The notes: generated from the letters alone by a model not told the origin. DNA of 36,329 bases from a virus (IMGVR_UViG_2737471834_000007); one strand, 5' to 3'; numbered from the stretch's first letter, positions 1 to 10,194 are shown. Translations and numbers: made by a program.

Positions 1-174
1 ATGGGGTTATTGAACAGGAATGATGTCGAAGTTGAATTACACCTTTGTACCAGAGACGATGAGCCTAAAACCGCAAAGCTCAAATTAAGAAACATCAAAG
101 ATGTTGATGCGTGTGAGCGCCTGATTGATAAACTGGCTGCTGTGGTAATAACGTCAAAGAAAAATGAAGAATAA
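1..174 (+). CDS. Small ORF (57 codons) beginning at the first base of the window; hypothetical, may be a complete small protein or the 3' end of a gene to the left
   Basis: Open frame from ATG at 1 to TAA at 172-174; followed by a weak hairpin near 207-238 and a strong one at 291-312. No recognisable motif. Confidence 0.3.
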   Translation: MGLLNRNDVEVELHLCTRDDEPKTAKLKLRNIKDVDACERLIDKLAAVVITSKKNEE

Positions 175-290
175 TTGATAAGCCAACCACCATCTCTTGA
201 AATAAAAAGCCCACGATTAATCTTGTGGACTTTTTGCATTCAGGCTTGCGAGATAGGGTGCCTTATCGACCTTAACCCTGGCAACCGATT

Positions 291-321
291 GACGGGGGAT
301 TGCTCCCCCGTCGCGGTTTTC
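291..321. terminator. Stem-loop GACGGGGGA-TTGC-TCCCCCGTC followed by a T-run on the + strand; also lies directly 3' of the hok-like ORF on the - strand
   Basis: Perfect 9-bp inverted repeat at 291-299/304-312, then GCGGTTTTCTT. Confidence 0.45.
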
Positions 322-462
322 TTACTGTTTACATTGTAAGAACGCCGCAAACTCCGCACCCCAGAAGCTCATCCGTATTTCACACAGCGAACCGTGCAAC
401 ATCCAGATGATAAGGATGACCGTCGCGCAGAACGTGATGGCCGTAAGCGATTTTTGCGACAT
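322..462 (-). CDS. Hok/Gef-family type I toxin (46 aa small membrane peptide), missing from the ORF track because it is under 60 aa
   Basis: Translation MSQKSLTAITFCATVILIIWMLHGSLCEIRMSFWGAEFAAFLQCKQ: hydrophobic N-terminus, SLCEI motif and E-x-AAFL-x-CK tail resemble E. coli HokA as recalled from memory. AAGGAG lies 8 nt upstream of the ATG at 462; stop TAA at 322-324. Confidence 0.6.
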   Translation of the reverse strand: MSQKSLTAITFCATVILIIWMLHGSLCEIRMSFWGAEFAAFLQCKQ

Positions 463-482
463 AGCGCTTGCTCCTTTTTCAT
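369..482 (-). CDS. mok-like overlapping reading frame (37 codons) starting 20 nt upstream of the hok-like start
   Basis: ATG at 482 in a different frame from the hok-like ORF, ending inside it, as in hok/mok loci; no SD (preceded by CCTCC). Speculative. Confidence 0.25.
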   Translation of the reverse strand: MKKEQALCRKNRLRPSRSARRSSLSSGCCTVRCVKYG

Positions 483-727
483 GGAGGCGCTAACCTGTCA
501 CTTGCTAGGTAGACGGGATAGGGCCTCGGTTAAACAAAAGTGTTTTCCGGGGCCTTTCCACATCCGGCCTTCTGGTTTACCCTCCGACCATCAGCCGAAA
601 GGCACCCGCGTGTAATGTACTGATTTCATATTGTATGTGCAATGCTCGTCACATTTTTTAAATACGTGTAAAACGTAATTGCGCAAGAAAATGTAGTTTT
701 TATTCTGCTGATTTCAGCGTAGAGAAT

Positions 728-1108
728 TTATGAGTTCTGAAATTCTTCTGCACGCCTTTCCAGTTCAGCCATGAAAGATGTTCTGGCTTTTTCGTGAGCA
801 TCGGGGGCCATGATGCTGATGATTTGTATATTGTTATAATCCATCCAGTGCCTGGTATAAACCAGATAGATATTTGAAGTTCTGTCTATCTGGGCCTTGC
901 TTTTCTTCCATGGTGGTTCCGATGGTAGTCTTATGTGTAATTTATATACAAACGAACCACATAGTCTTGCGTTATCTTCCCACTGTCCTTCATTGCCGAA
1001 TCTGTCAGGGAGAACGCCGGTATTTAACCAGTTCTCCAGAGCTTTTCCGTAAATTTTTGCAATATCCTGGTATTCAACATCTTTATGAATACTTACTTTG
1101 CTCGCCAT
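728..1108 (-). CDS. Hypothetical cytoplasmic protein (126 aa), second gene of a two-gene cargo operon
   Basis: Start ATG overlaps the upstream stop by 1 nt (TGATG). No signal peptide. A YKLHIRL...IYLVYTRHW...IQIISI stretch is faintly RelE/ParE-like but not convincing. Confidence 0.5.
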   Translation of the reverse strand: MASKVSIHKDVEYQDIAKIYGKALENWLNTGVLPDRFGNEGQWEDNARLCGSFVYKLHIRLPSEPPWKKSKAQIDRTSNIYLVYTRHWMDYNNIQIISIMAPDAHEKARTSFMAELERRAEEFQNS

Positions 1109-1734
1109 CAGGAAAACTCCGGAGCCGGGAGTCCCATATTTTTATGCTCGGCAATAATCATTGTTTTCACATTTTCGTCAGACAGCGTATTGCCCAGACT
1201 GGTAGTTTTTTCAGGTGCAGTGCTTCGCTCGATGGCGTTGATGGTATCACGAACGATAAATTCACCCTGCGCAATTGCCCGACCAAAACGAACCAGTTTA
1301 TTGCGATAGGCGATTCTTTGCTCAAGACTGTCCGGATACATTTTTGCCAGGTTATCCGGGGCCATTACAATCCTGACAGCCTCTTTAACACGGGTGTGCT
1401 GCCTGAGTGACTCTTCGCATATTTTCGTTATTTTTGCTATGTTGTCAGTAAACAGCGCTCCTTTGCCTCTGTTCTGACGCTCTTCAATGACGGCATTGAG
1501 TGCAGCGCGCATGTTGTTATTCAGCCCGTTAATATATTCAATAGCTTCTTCAAGAGGCAGAAACACCTGGCCGTCATGATGCTCAAATGTAAGCATTGAA
1601 ACTACTCTGGCGTGCGTCCCGGATTCAATAACTGTTGTTGGTAGTATCGTGCTTTTAGCTGGCACCGGAGCCAGTGATGCTGTCAGAGCTGCAGCAATGG
1701 CAGCAATGGCAGCAGACTTTGATTTTTGTTTCAT
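1108..1734 (-). CDS. Predicted secreted/periplasmic protein (208 aa from the ATG at 1734; the track ORF starts at GTG 1746), first gene of the cargo operon
   Basis: N-terminus MKQKSKSAAIAAIAAALTASLAPVPAKS looks like a Sec signal peptide; GGAG 7 nt upstream of the ATG at 1734. No catalytic motif recognised. Confidence 0.55.
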   Translation of the reverse strand: MKQKSKSAAIAAIAAALTASLAPVPAKSTILPTTVIESGTHARVVSMLTFEHHDGQVFLPLEEAIEYINGLNNNMRAALNAVIEERQNRGKGALFTDNIAKITKICEESLRQHTRVKEAVRIVMAPDNLAKMYPDSLEQRIAYRNKLVRFGRAIAQGEFIVRDTINAIERSTAPEKTTSLGNTLSDENVKTMIIAEHKNMGLPAPEFS

Positions 1735-2215
1735 AATGCACTCCACAGGTTGATGTGTTCAGCATATCGCAAATAGCAACTTGCATAAAGAAACGCCACA
1801 TCGGCATCGATCGTTTTACGCGTTTTTTTTCTTGTTGTGATCCTTTTTTCAGTTTTATTTTACCCGTTAATTTTGCGCAGGCCGCGCCGTGTCTGGCTTC
1901 TTTGTCTGATGGTTGTTTGATGCGATCCCTTCGTGATCGTTTTTCGTCTCACGTAAAGTATGAAAACTCTTTTAATATCATGCTGTTTTATTGCTCCAGC
2001 CATTTGTGCGATCGAAAAAATCTCTCTTAAAATTGCAAAAAATTTCAAAGTGTGAAATTTCAGAACTTCGCTTTTCCCCCAGTTACTGCGCTGGCTGGCG
2101 GTCATTTTTGCACGACAGAAAACTGAAAAAGCGTTTCAACACAAAACCCGCGGGTTGGAGGGGGTAGCGCGGTTTACGTGACGTGACACTTTACGTCATG
2201 TCTGGCTGGTTATGT

Positions 2216-2241
2216 GCAAAATTGCCGCCTCAGTGAGGCGC
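2216..2241 (-). terminator. Candidate intrinsic terminator ending the long late tail operon (short stem plus AAUUUU on the - strand)
   Basis: On the - strand: CGCCTCA-C-TGAGGCG stem followed by GCAATTTTG, about 85 nt after the spike gene stop. Confidence 0.35.
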
Positions 2242-2325
2242 TGTCGTAATGATTTGATGAAAGGAGTGGTAACGCATGGGCATGGCTCATGCGTTATGTA
2301 ACGCGTGTTTTACGTGGGATTTATG

Positions 2326-4065
2326 TCAGGCGATAAGGTCGCGGTATTTTTCCCGCAGGGAGGATGACTGTCTGGCATCACCGGTAAATTCACCACTGTT
2401 GGTGGGTGTGCCTGTGCCAGGATGTGCGTGTGTGGCAGTATGTGTTGCCAGTTGTTCAATGAGATCCAGAATATCAACGAACAACGTCATCAGGTTCAGG
2501 CTGTCGCCACCCTGTGAACCATTTCGGCCTATAAACAGGGTCGGCGCAGAGAGGGAAAGACCACCACTGGCGGTGGTGGTCTGTGTACCGCTGATGTTCT
2601 CTGTGATATTCCCGCTTACTGTGCTGTTAACATTACCGCCGATGGTTTCCTGCCTGTCAGCACTGATGCGGCGTATCTCTGCCTGTAATTCCGCAATAAG
2701 GCTGTTTGCTTTCATCCTGATATCACCGGTGGCCACAATACCGTAATCACCATCAGAACCATGGACGATCTGCCCTGCCATCAGTGAACTCGTCCCGAGT
2801 ACCGTGGTACTGTCTGTGGCCTGTACGGTTGTTGTGCGGGTTGTCGTCCGGCGGCTTTCCTGGTCGCTGGTTATGATTCGGTGTGCAGATTCTTCCCTGA
2901 TTTTCTGGTCCGTTTCCCGGTGCCATGTGCCGTCACGGGTAACCCTCTGAAATACTTCTGCACGCTGTTGCTGTAGCTGCTCGCCAGGCTGGATATCAGG
3001 AAGATTCAGTCCGGATGGGAGTATCTGCCTTATTACCGGTTTATCTGGCCGTCCTTCGATATGCGCGATTTCCACTATCGTTCCGGCTTCCGGATAAGAA
3101 AAACAACCGGCCTCATTTCCGGCCATGGGTACCGGAAGCGGCACAGCAGGATATACAGGCGTGTTGTTGCTATCGTTGCCGTTTTCGTCCAGTAACTGCA
3201 GGTCAACAGCATAACGTGGGCGAAAACTGTCTGCCACATCGCCAAGCGTCGTGGATTCTGTTGGCGAGATAACGCGGGCCAGTCTTGGGCGTAATGTTCC
3301 GTCAGCCAGCTCCGGAAACTGCGATTCTGTCTGACGGCGCAGAGGTGAGCTGGATACGACAGAACCATCCTGGCGAAACCTGTCCCATGTCAGTGTCATG
3401 GTTTCATTATGAATGGCCACACGCGTGATCCGTCCTGCAGGAAGGTTAACGCCGGGGCGCAGAGTCTCTATCAACATGATATCCATACTGTTGCCGGCGC
3501 TGTGCCCCAGTGCATATTCATCAGGAATTTCCGGGATGGTCAGCGATGCAAAGCGTGAGTCACTGGCGCTGCCAACGAATACAGAACCATCCGGCATGGG
3601 ATGCCAGACGTAATCCTGAATGCTGAATATCCTGCCAAGATGATCAAGCAGGCGGGTACCGCTTCCGCTGTGAGTGACGCAGGGTACTGGTGTGGATACA
3701 TAGGCAGATGACGCGGTAATAAACACGATACCGCTCTTTTTTCCGAGATCATCAAGAACATCACGCAGAGTCGGGTGCTGGATGACACACGGAAAGCTGA
3801 AATCCAGTACCGCGGCAGCTTCCCTGATGAACAGACGGCGGGCGCCGTTTTCTGCCGGTTGATCGCGCTCAACGTAACCTGAGAAATAACGCCAGGCCTG
3901 GCCATCACGCCCAAAATCAATCTGAATCATGGCACCGGCCAGCGTGCTGCGCTGATTCGGCAGGGTGACAAAACCTCTTCCTGATGCGTTCAGTGACAGG
4001 ACCAGACTGATGTCTGTTATTTCTGTCTGTTTACCGTTTACCATGCATCTCTGAATAATTTTCAT
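2326..4065 (-). CDS. Baseplate central spike protein (gpV/VgrG-like C-terminal half with a ~330 aa N-terminal extension)
   Basis: AGTIVEIAHIEGRPDKPVIRQILPSG resembles the gpV OB-fold motif; C-terminal ATHTATHAHPGTG (H-x-H) resembles the spike apex of P2 gpV as recalled from memory. Start overlaps the upstream stop. Confidence 0.5.
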   Translation of the reverse strand: MKIIQRCMVNGKQTEITDISLVLSLNASGRGFVTLPNQRSTLAGAMIQIDFGRDGQAWRYFSGYVERDQPAENGARRLFIREAAAVLDFSFPCVIQHPTLRDVLDDLGKKSGIVFITASSAYVSTPVPCVTHSGSGTRLLDHLGRIFSIQDYVWHPMPDGSVFVGSASDSRFASLTIPEIPDEYALGHSAGNSMDIMLIETLRPGVNLPAGRITRVAIHNETMTLTWDRFRQDGSVVSSSPLRRQTESQFPELADGTLRPRLARVISPTESTTLGDVADSFRPRYAVDLQLLDENGNDSNNTPVYPAVPLPVPMAGNEAGCFSYPEAGTIVEIAHIEGRPDKPVIRQILPSGLNLPDIQPGEQLQQQRAEVFQRVTRDGTWHRETDQKIREESAHRIITSDQESRRTTTRTTTVQATDSTTVLGTSSLMAGQIVHGSDGDYGIVATGDIRMKANSLIAELQAEIRRISADRQETIGGNVNSTVSGNITENISGTQTTTASGGLSLSAPTLFIGRNGSQGGDSLNLMTLFVDILDLIEQLATHTATHAHPGTGTPTNSGEFTGDARQSSSLREKYRDLIA

Positions 4066-4637
4066 TATTCACCATCCTTCACGCTGCCAACACCTGTTTT
4101 ATCCAGCCATCCTCCCAGCGTATTATTCACCGCTCCCCAGAATGCGTCCTGAGTATTGATTTGTTCGTTGTCAGACGTTGAACTGGTTCCTGTCTGTGTC
4201 TGCTGGTTAACCCTGGTTTTCTGTTCGCTGCTGCGGGCCTCTTTTTTCTCAGGTACGCTGAGTTTTTCCCTCAGGGTAAATGAGACCTGCCAGTTCATTT
4301 TCCCCTGTTGCTCCGTGACGTCGACACTGCCGGAGAAAACACCCTGTCGCATATTCACCGCTCTGGCAGTAGCGTTGGCAATCCTGTAGCATTTTTTATC
4401 TCCTCCATTGCCCGTGGCTTCGGCCAGTTGAAAAAGGCGGGTCAGTATTTTTTCATCGTTGAAATCAACAATGCCCGTAACCTTCATTTCTTTCGCTTTG
4501 CAGCCTTTCTGGGCGCTGCTGGTACTGGTTGACTGACCTGACATATCCTTATCCGGCAGGCGCAGACTGACGCTGACAGTGATATTGCGTAACAGGATCG
4601 CTTCTCCGTCCAGCGCCAGCACGATGATTTGTGTCAT
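4065..4637 (-). CDS. Hypothetical tail/baseplate-associated protein (190 aa)
   Basis: Translationally coupled to both neighbours (4-nt and 1-nt overlaps); Ser/Thr/Gln-rich C-terminal half; no motif recognised. Confidence 0.45.
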   Translation of the reverse strand: MTQIIVLALDGEAILLRNITVSVSLRLPDKDMSGQSTSTSSAQKGCKAKEMKVTGIVDFNDEKILTRLFQLAEATGNGGDKKCYRIANATARAVNMRQGVFSGSVDVTEQQGKMNWQVSFTLREKLSVPEKKEARSSEQKTRVNQQTQTGTSSTSDNEQINTQDAFWGAVNNTLGGWLDKTGVGSVKDGE

Positions 4638-5392
4638 TTCAGGGCACCTCTCAGCGCGGATAAATCCTCACCTGCAAAGAGCATAATAGTGGTCAGCACC
4701 CGGTCAGGGTGAGGAATGTTTTTTTTCATCATGATTGCGGCCTGCCTGGTATCACCGGAAAAACAGAAACTCCATACCGGGCATGCCCTGTTTTGCGAGT
4801 CCTGCTTTTCTCCGGTTAATCTGTCCATCAGGTTCTGGCGATCTTTTCTGAACTGTGCCAGCGCCTGATCCAGCCCGGAAAAGGACAGCGGAGGAGGGGA
4901 AACGGCTGTGCTGATCAGTTCAGTCTGTGCCAGACTCCTGGCTGTGCTGAGTGACAGGGTGGTGCTTTCCGGAAGTGTTGCCGCTACTTTTGCCGGGATC
5001 TGCATTTTGCTGACGGCCAGCGATAACTGGCTGGCGATCAGCCTGTTCATTCGCTTGATTTCCGGCAAAGGGAATACGTCGGCAAAACGTTTTGTCAGTG
5101 CAAGAAATTCTGAAGCTGAAGTGGCACTGAGCATCATTAGTACCATGTCGCAATCCCGGCTGCCCTCCAGTCTGTGCAGAATGGCATCAATGGCATTTTC
5201 CGGGCTGAGGTAAGCCCCTGAACGGGTGACGTTTCCCACACCTTCCGACCATGGATGGAGACAAAGTTGTGAGCAGTTGATATTCATTGCAGCAGGCTTA
5301 AGAAGACTGCTTTTCCATTCCGCTGGCTGCATATTCATACCATTTATTTCTGATGTGTTGTTGTTTTTTGATGTAATACACAAATTTAACAA
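4634..5392 (-). CDS. Hypothetical protein (up to 252 aa; true start uncertain, candidates at 5338, 5332 and 5287)
   Basis: Track ORF starts at TTG 5392; no candidate start has a clear SD. Stop overlaps the next gene start (ATGA). Confidence 0.4.
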   Translation of the reverse strand: MLNLCITSKNNNTSEINGMNMQPAEWKSSLLKPAAMNINCSQLCLHPWSEGVGNVTRSGAYLSPENAIDAILHRLEGSRDCDMVLMMLSATSASEFLALTKRFADVFPLPEIKRMNRLIASQLSLAVSKMQIPAKVAATLPESTTLSLSTARSLAQTELISTAVSPPPLSFSGLDQALAQFRKDRQNLMDRLTGEKQDSQNRACPVWSFCFSGDTRQAAIMMKKNIPHPDRVLTTIMLFAGEDLSALRGALK

Positions 5393-5494
5393 AGTGTATG
5401 CAAGGCTGTTTAATATGCCATTCTGTAGTTATATGATCCCGGACGACCATAAGGGATACTGCACTGCAGTGTCTTCTCCCTTGGAAAACCTTTT

Positions 5495-5526
5495 CTGCCA
5501 TACATTTGTATGGCAGGCTTTTTTTC
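5495..5526 (+). terminator. Strong hairpin plus T-run oriented for the + strand, in an AT-rich gap inside the - strand tail operon
   Basis: CTGCCATAC-ATTT-GTATGGCAG followed by GCTTTTTTT on the + strand. Confidence 0.4.
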
Positions 5527-5905
5527 AGCAACAGGTTCCCTGCTGCGTGTCGCTGTATTTCCCTTTCCCGAACAACCTTACTGCAAGATACATTAACCGT
5601 CTGCGCCAGCGGGGAACTCCCAGCACCGTCATCGCATCCAGAAATATCCTGTCCGCTTCCGCCTTCGTGCGCAGGGCATTGTCATACAGCCAGTCATGAA
5701 TAATCGCGGCTTTCGCATAACGACCATGCGGCGGGAGCAGTGCCCACAGAAGCCGGGGCACACTGGCAAGGTCCGTCACATATCCCTCCGGAACATAAAT
5801 CACATCATCCGGGTTATCCGTCAGCCAGAATTCAAACGGCTCAACCAGACGCCAGCGGTAATCATCCAGCATCTCCAGAATGGCCGGTGTGGTGAACTTA
5901 CTCAT
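5525..5905 (-). CDS. DUF1353-like phage protein (about 126 aa from the internal Met)
   Basis: GYVTDLASVPR and IHDWLYD motifs resemble the DUF1353 family; the start overlaps the end of the upstream chaperone gene. Confidence 0.5.
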   Translation of the reverse strand: MSKFTTPAILEMLDDYRWRLVEPFEFWLTDNPDDVIYVPEGYVTDLASVPRLLWALLPPHGRYAKAAIIHDWLYDNALRTKAEADRIFLDAMTVLGVPRWRRRLMYLAVRLFGKGKYSDTQQGTCC

Positions 5906-6508
5906 CATCCCCCTCCGGCCAGCCAACAGGATACGCACGAATATCCGGCAGTGCGGTCAACCCTGCCACTTCTTCTTTCATCCGGCGCTGGCGTTCATGG
6001 ATTTTAAACCCCTGCATCACCATCGCCGCATTCATCGCAGTATCCAGTTGTATCAGCTCTTCCGGCGTCAGAGTGACATCCTGATTATCCGCATCCGTCC
6101 AGAAAAAATGCTCAGGCAACAGCCCGTTTCCTGCCACCGCAACTACCGGTGTCAGTCTGGACTGTGAAGCCTTTCCGGCATCCCAGCGATGACCACTGAA
6201 TTCAAAAACAAAACTGCTGTTCTCCTGGCTGTCACGCCAGCGACTGATTTCACCGTATTTCTGATTTCTGGCCTTTTCCAGTATCTCCTCTGTCACCACA
6301 AACGGCGTGACCTCACCCCAGGCCCCTGATATCAGCCCTGACCAGAGCCTTAACCCGAATTCTGTCGGGTCTGAAGCTCTGGCAGTATAAGGTACATATA
6401 CCCGCTGACTGTCATCAGAACGGTCTGCCATGAACACCTCACAGGTAATGCTGCCGTCTTCATTAAAACGGGCATTGCGCACGTCCGCTTCTGAATTCCT
6501 GGTATCCA

Positions 6509-6509
<1 letters not shown>
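5898..6509 (-). CDS. Putative tail fibre assembly/chaperone protein for fibre 2 (203 aa)
   Basis: Immediately follows fibre gene 2 with a 1-nt TAATG overlap; position and size fit a fibre chaperone; ends in GWPEGDDE. Confidence 0.45.
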
Positions 6510-8077
<1,568 letters not shown>

Positions 8078-8096
8078 TTTTGATTATCTCCGGTTT

Positions 8097-8624
8097 TTAT
8101 TTTGTTTCCGGTACAGCAGGCCAGTTAATTGCCTCAAAGTTATCCTTATTATCAATGTCTGAAATATTCAGAGAATTAAGCTCACGGATATACATCATCC
8201 ACTGAGTGAGTTTAAGCCTGTCATCGTCACTGATTATTCCAAGACTGAGCTCTGTCTGCCAGTCACTGGTAATACTCCTGGCTTCTGACAGTAACCTGTT
8301 GCGTTGTGTTTCAGCCTGTTGCCGGTAATCAACAGGAACCGGTAATATCTCACCATCCCTGTAATACCAGCGAGCTTCAATACAGAACCCTTCAGGAAGT
8401 TCGTCAACCTCCACAATGGAGAAACCTGCCGGATAGAGTCGTGAAGCATCCTCCGCCATGGAGTAAATCACTCCGGTGTCCGGATGAATGCACAATTTAT
8501 ATTTCTTCGTGAATTTATTGACAGAATCATAAAAATCCTGACCATCTTCACTGCAGAAATACTGGATACCCTCACCATAAGGCATGTTTTCAGGGTAATA
8601 GCGTGAAACGTTTCGGAGTTCCAT
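8097..8624 (-). CDS. Tail fibre assembly protein for fibre 1 (about 175 aa from MELRNV)
   Basis: C-terminal LTQWMMYIRELNSLN...INWP resembles the conserved Tfa/gpG tail; AAGGGA SD 7 nt upstream of the ATG at 8624, which lies just past the fibre 1 stop. Confidence 0.65.
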   Translation of the reverse strand: MELRNVSRYYPENMPYGEGIQYFCSEDGQDFYDSVNKFTKKYKLCIHPDTGVIYSMAEDASRLYPAGFSIVEVDELPEGFCIEARWYYRDGEILPVPVDYRQQAETQRNRLLSEARSITSDWQTELSLGIISDDDRLKLTQWMMYIRELNSLNISDIDNKDNFEAINWPAVPETK

Positions 8625-8635
8625 AATGTTGTCCC

Positions 8636-10189
8636 TTAACCGGATATGGTGCGCCATGCACCATTAATATAAATCTGTTTTGCTTTGTAATAGACACCGC
8701 CAATATTATCTGCAGAATGTGAGCCAGTTTCCTGAACGTTAATACCAGAAAGCACACAACCTGCCGGTGCACGGAATGTCCAGGAAATTTCATTACCACC
8801 TGGATTGTGAAAGGTTTCGTTTGTGTACTGTTCGTTCTGTACATAGCGGGCATCAGCTGCAGCCTGCGTCATTCCCGCTGAAATGGTGATATCCTTCGTA
8901 CCATCAAATGCAACACCATTTATTTTTCGTGCGTTCTGTAATTTTGTGGCGCTGCCGGCATTACCGGTTGTGTTCTGGTTGCCCTGGGTATTCACACCCG
9001 GGAGACTGATATCTCCTGAACCATCAAAACTGACGCCGCCGATTTTCCTGCTGTTTTTTAATTTTGTAGCCGTACCTGAATTGCCTGATATATCGGTGAT
9101 TGTAATATCTTCCGACAGTTCCTTACCGTTGACTTTCCTTGTTGACGGAACGCGACGTTTTGCCTCATCCATAGCGTTCTTTACGGCTTTGGGAGTGGCG
9201 GCACGATCTTCCCTGTCACTGTCTGTATCACTGCAATATTGCGCAAATCCCTTTTCGTCCAGCGTGGCGTCAGGGTGATTGCGTGAGCGCACGTGGGCTG
9301 CCAGTGCATCGCTGTTTTCTTCATCAGGTGTCTGTGGACGGACATCCTCAACATGACCGGCAGATAATACTGCCAGTGGTGCAACATAATGTCTGAATCC
9401 GTTATTATCGGTGTACTCTTCAGTTACCGGGCGCGTATTCATATTCCCGGCGTCTGGTTGTCTGGCAGTAAATACAAATACCGTTTTCCAGCAGCCTGAT
9501 ACATGTCCATGCCAGCTGGCATCAATCAGAATGATGTCATTTTCAGAGGCGGTAAGTGTGAAGGGCTCCGTTAACTGAACACGCAGGCCACCGATATAAG
9601 CCACACCGGCACTGATGGTAGCTGTGCTGTTAATGGCATCGTAACTGACATGCAGGCTGTTACCCAGACATGCGGCATCACCATAGTAATCAAAGGCCAG
9701 CAGACGACGCGATTCATCCATTCCTGTCAGTCTGGCAGTAAAATCAATCTGCCAGACGTCAGCGGTGACGTTTACCTGCATGGCTTCGGCTGCCCCTTCG
9801 AATTCCATGGCGAATGTGCGAATCAGGTTATTGCCCTGAATGCCATTGGCGGTCCTGATTTTCTGCTGTAGTGGTGTATGGGCAATCATACACAGTACAT
9901 GGCTTTCTTCGTGATACAGCCCAATCCAGTTATATTCAAAATCACCTGCGGTGGTGTCCAGAATCACGGAAAATGCAACCGTATCAGGTTCAAGCATGCC
10001 GAACTGTGTTACCGGAACGCGGCAGACAATATATTTTTCATCCGGCAGTTCTTCATCCACCGATATCGGTGCACTGATATCCATATCCGGAATGCAGGCA
10101 AAGATAAAAGTGTCCGGTCTGGCCGGTTCGTTGCTGATAAGCTGGTTTGCACACCAGTGCTCATATTGTCGCGTAATTACCGTGCTCAT
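8636..10189 (-). CDS. Tail fibre protein 1 (517 aa)
   Basis: Collar motif SRNHPDATLDEKGFAQ...AATPKAVKNAMDEA matches the P2 gpH/lambda Stf-type conserved region as recalled from memory; two ~36-aa fibre repeats follow; N-terminus shared with fibre 2. Confidence 0.7.
   Translation of the reverse strand: MSTVITRQYEHWCANQLISNEPARPDTFIFACIPDMDISAPISVDEELPDEKYIVCRVPVTQFGMLEPDTVAFSVILDTTAGDFEYNWIGLYHEESHVLCMIAHTPLQQKIRTANGIQGNNLIRTFAMEFEGAAEAMQVNVTADVWQIDFTARLTGMDESRRLLAFDYYGDAACLGNSLHVSYDAINSTATISAGVAYIGGLRVQLTEPFTLTASENDIILIDASWHGHVSGCWKTVFVFTARQPDAGNMNTRPVTEEYTDNNGFRHYVAPLAVLSAGHVEDVRPQTPDEENSDALAAHVRSRNHPDATLDEKGFAQYCSDTDSDREDRAATPKAVKNAMDEAKRRVPSTRKVNGKELSEDITITDISGNSGTATKLKNSRKIGGVSFDGSGDISLPGVNTQGNQNTTGNAGSATKLQNARKINGVAFDGTKDITISAGMTQAAADARYVQNEQYTNETFHNPGGNEISWTFRAPAGCVLSGINVQETGSHSADNIGGVYYKAKQIYINGAWRTISG
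8879..9109 (-). repeat. Tandem ~36-aa tail fibre repeat (two copies) in fibre 1
   Basis: SGNSGTATKLKNSRKIGGVSFDGSGDISLP versus TGNAGSATKLQNARKINGVAFDGTKDITIS. Confidence 0.6.
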
Positions 10190-10194
10190 GATGA

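Noticed and set aside
207-238. Short stem (CCAC/GTGG) flanked by A-run and T-run
   Set aside because: The stem is only 4-5 bp; too weak to call a terminator with confidence given the stronger hairpin at 291..321.
394-615. 73-aa + strand ORF
   Set aside because: Junk-like composition and antisense to the better-supported hok-like gene and its leader.
1755-2105. 91-aa (+) and 81-aa (-) ORFs in the intergenic region
   Set aside because: AT-rich region with regulatory-looking repeats, no SD sequences and basic low-complexity translations; more likely non-coding.
5226-5699. 157-aa + strand ORF across the AT-rich gap
   Set aside because: Low-complexity composition, no SD, and it overlaps the DUF1353-like gene on the opposite strand.
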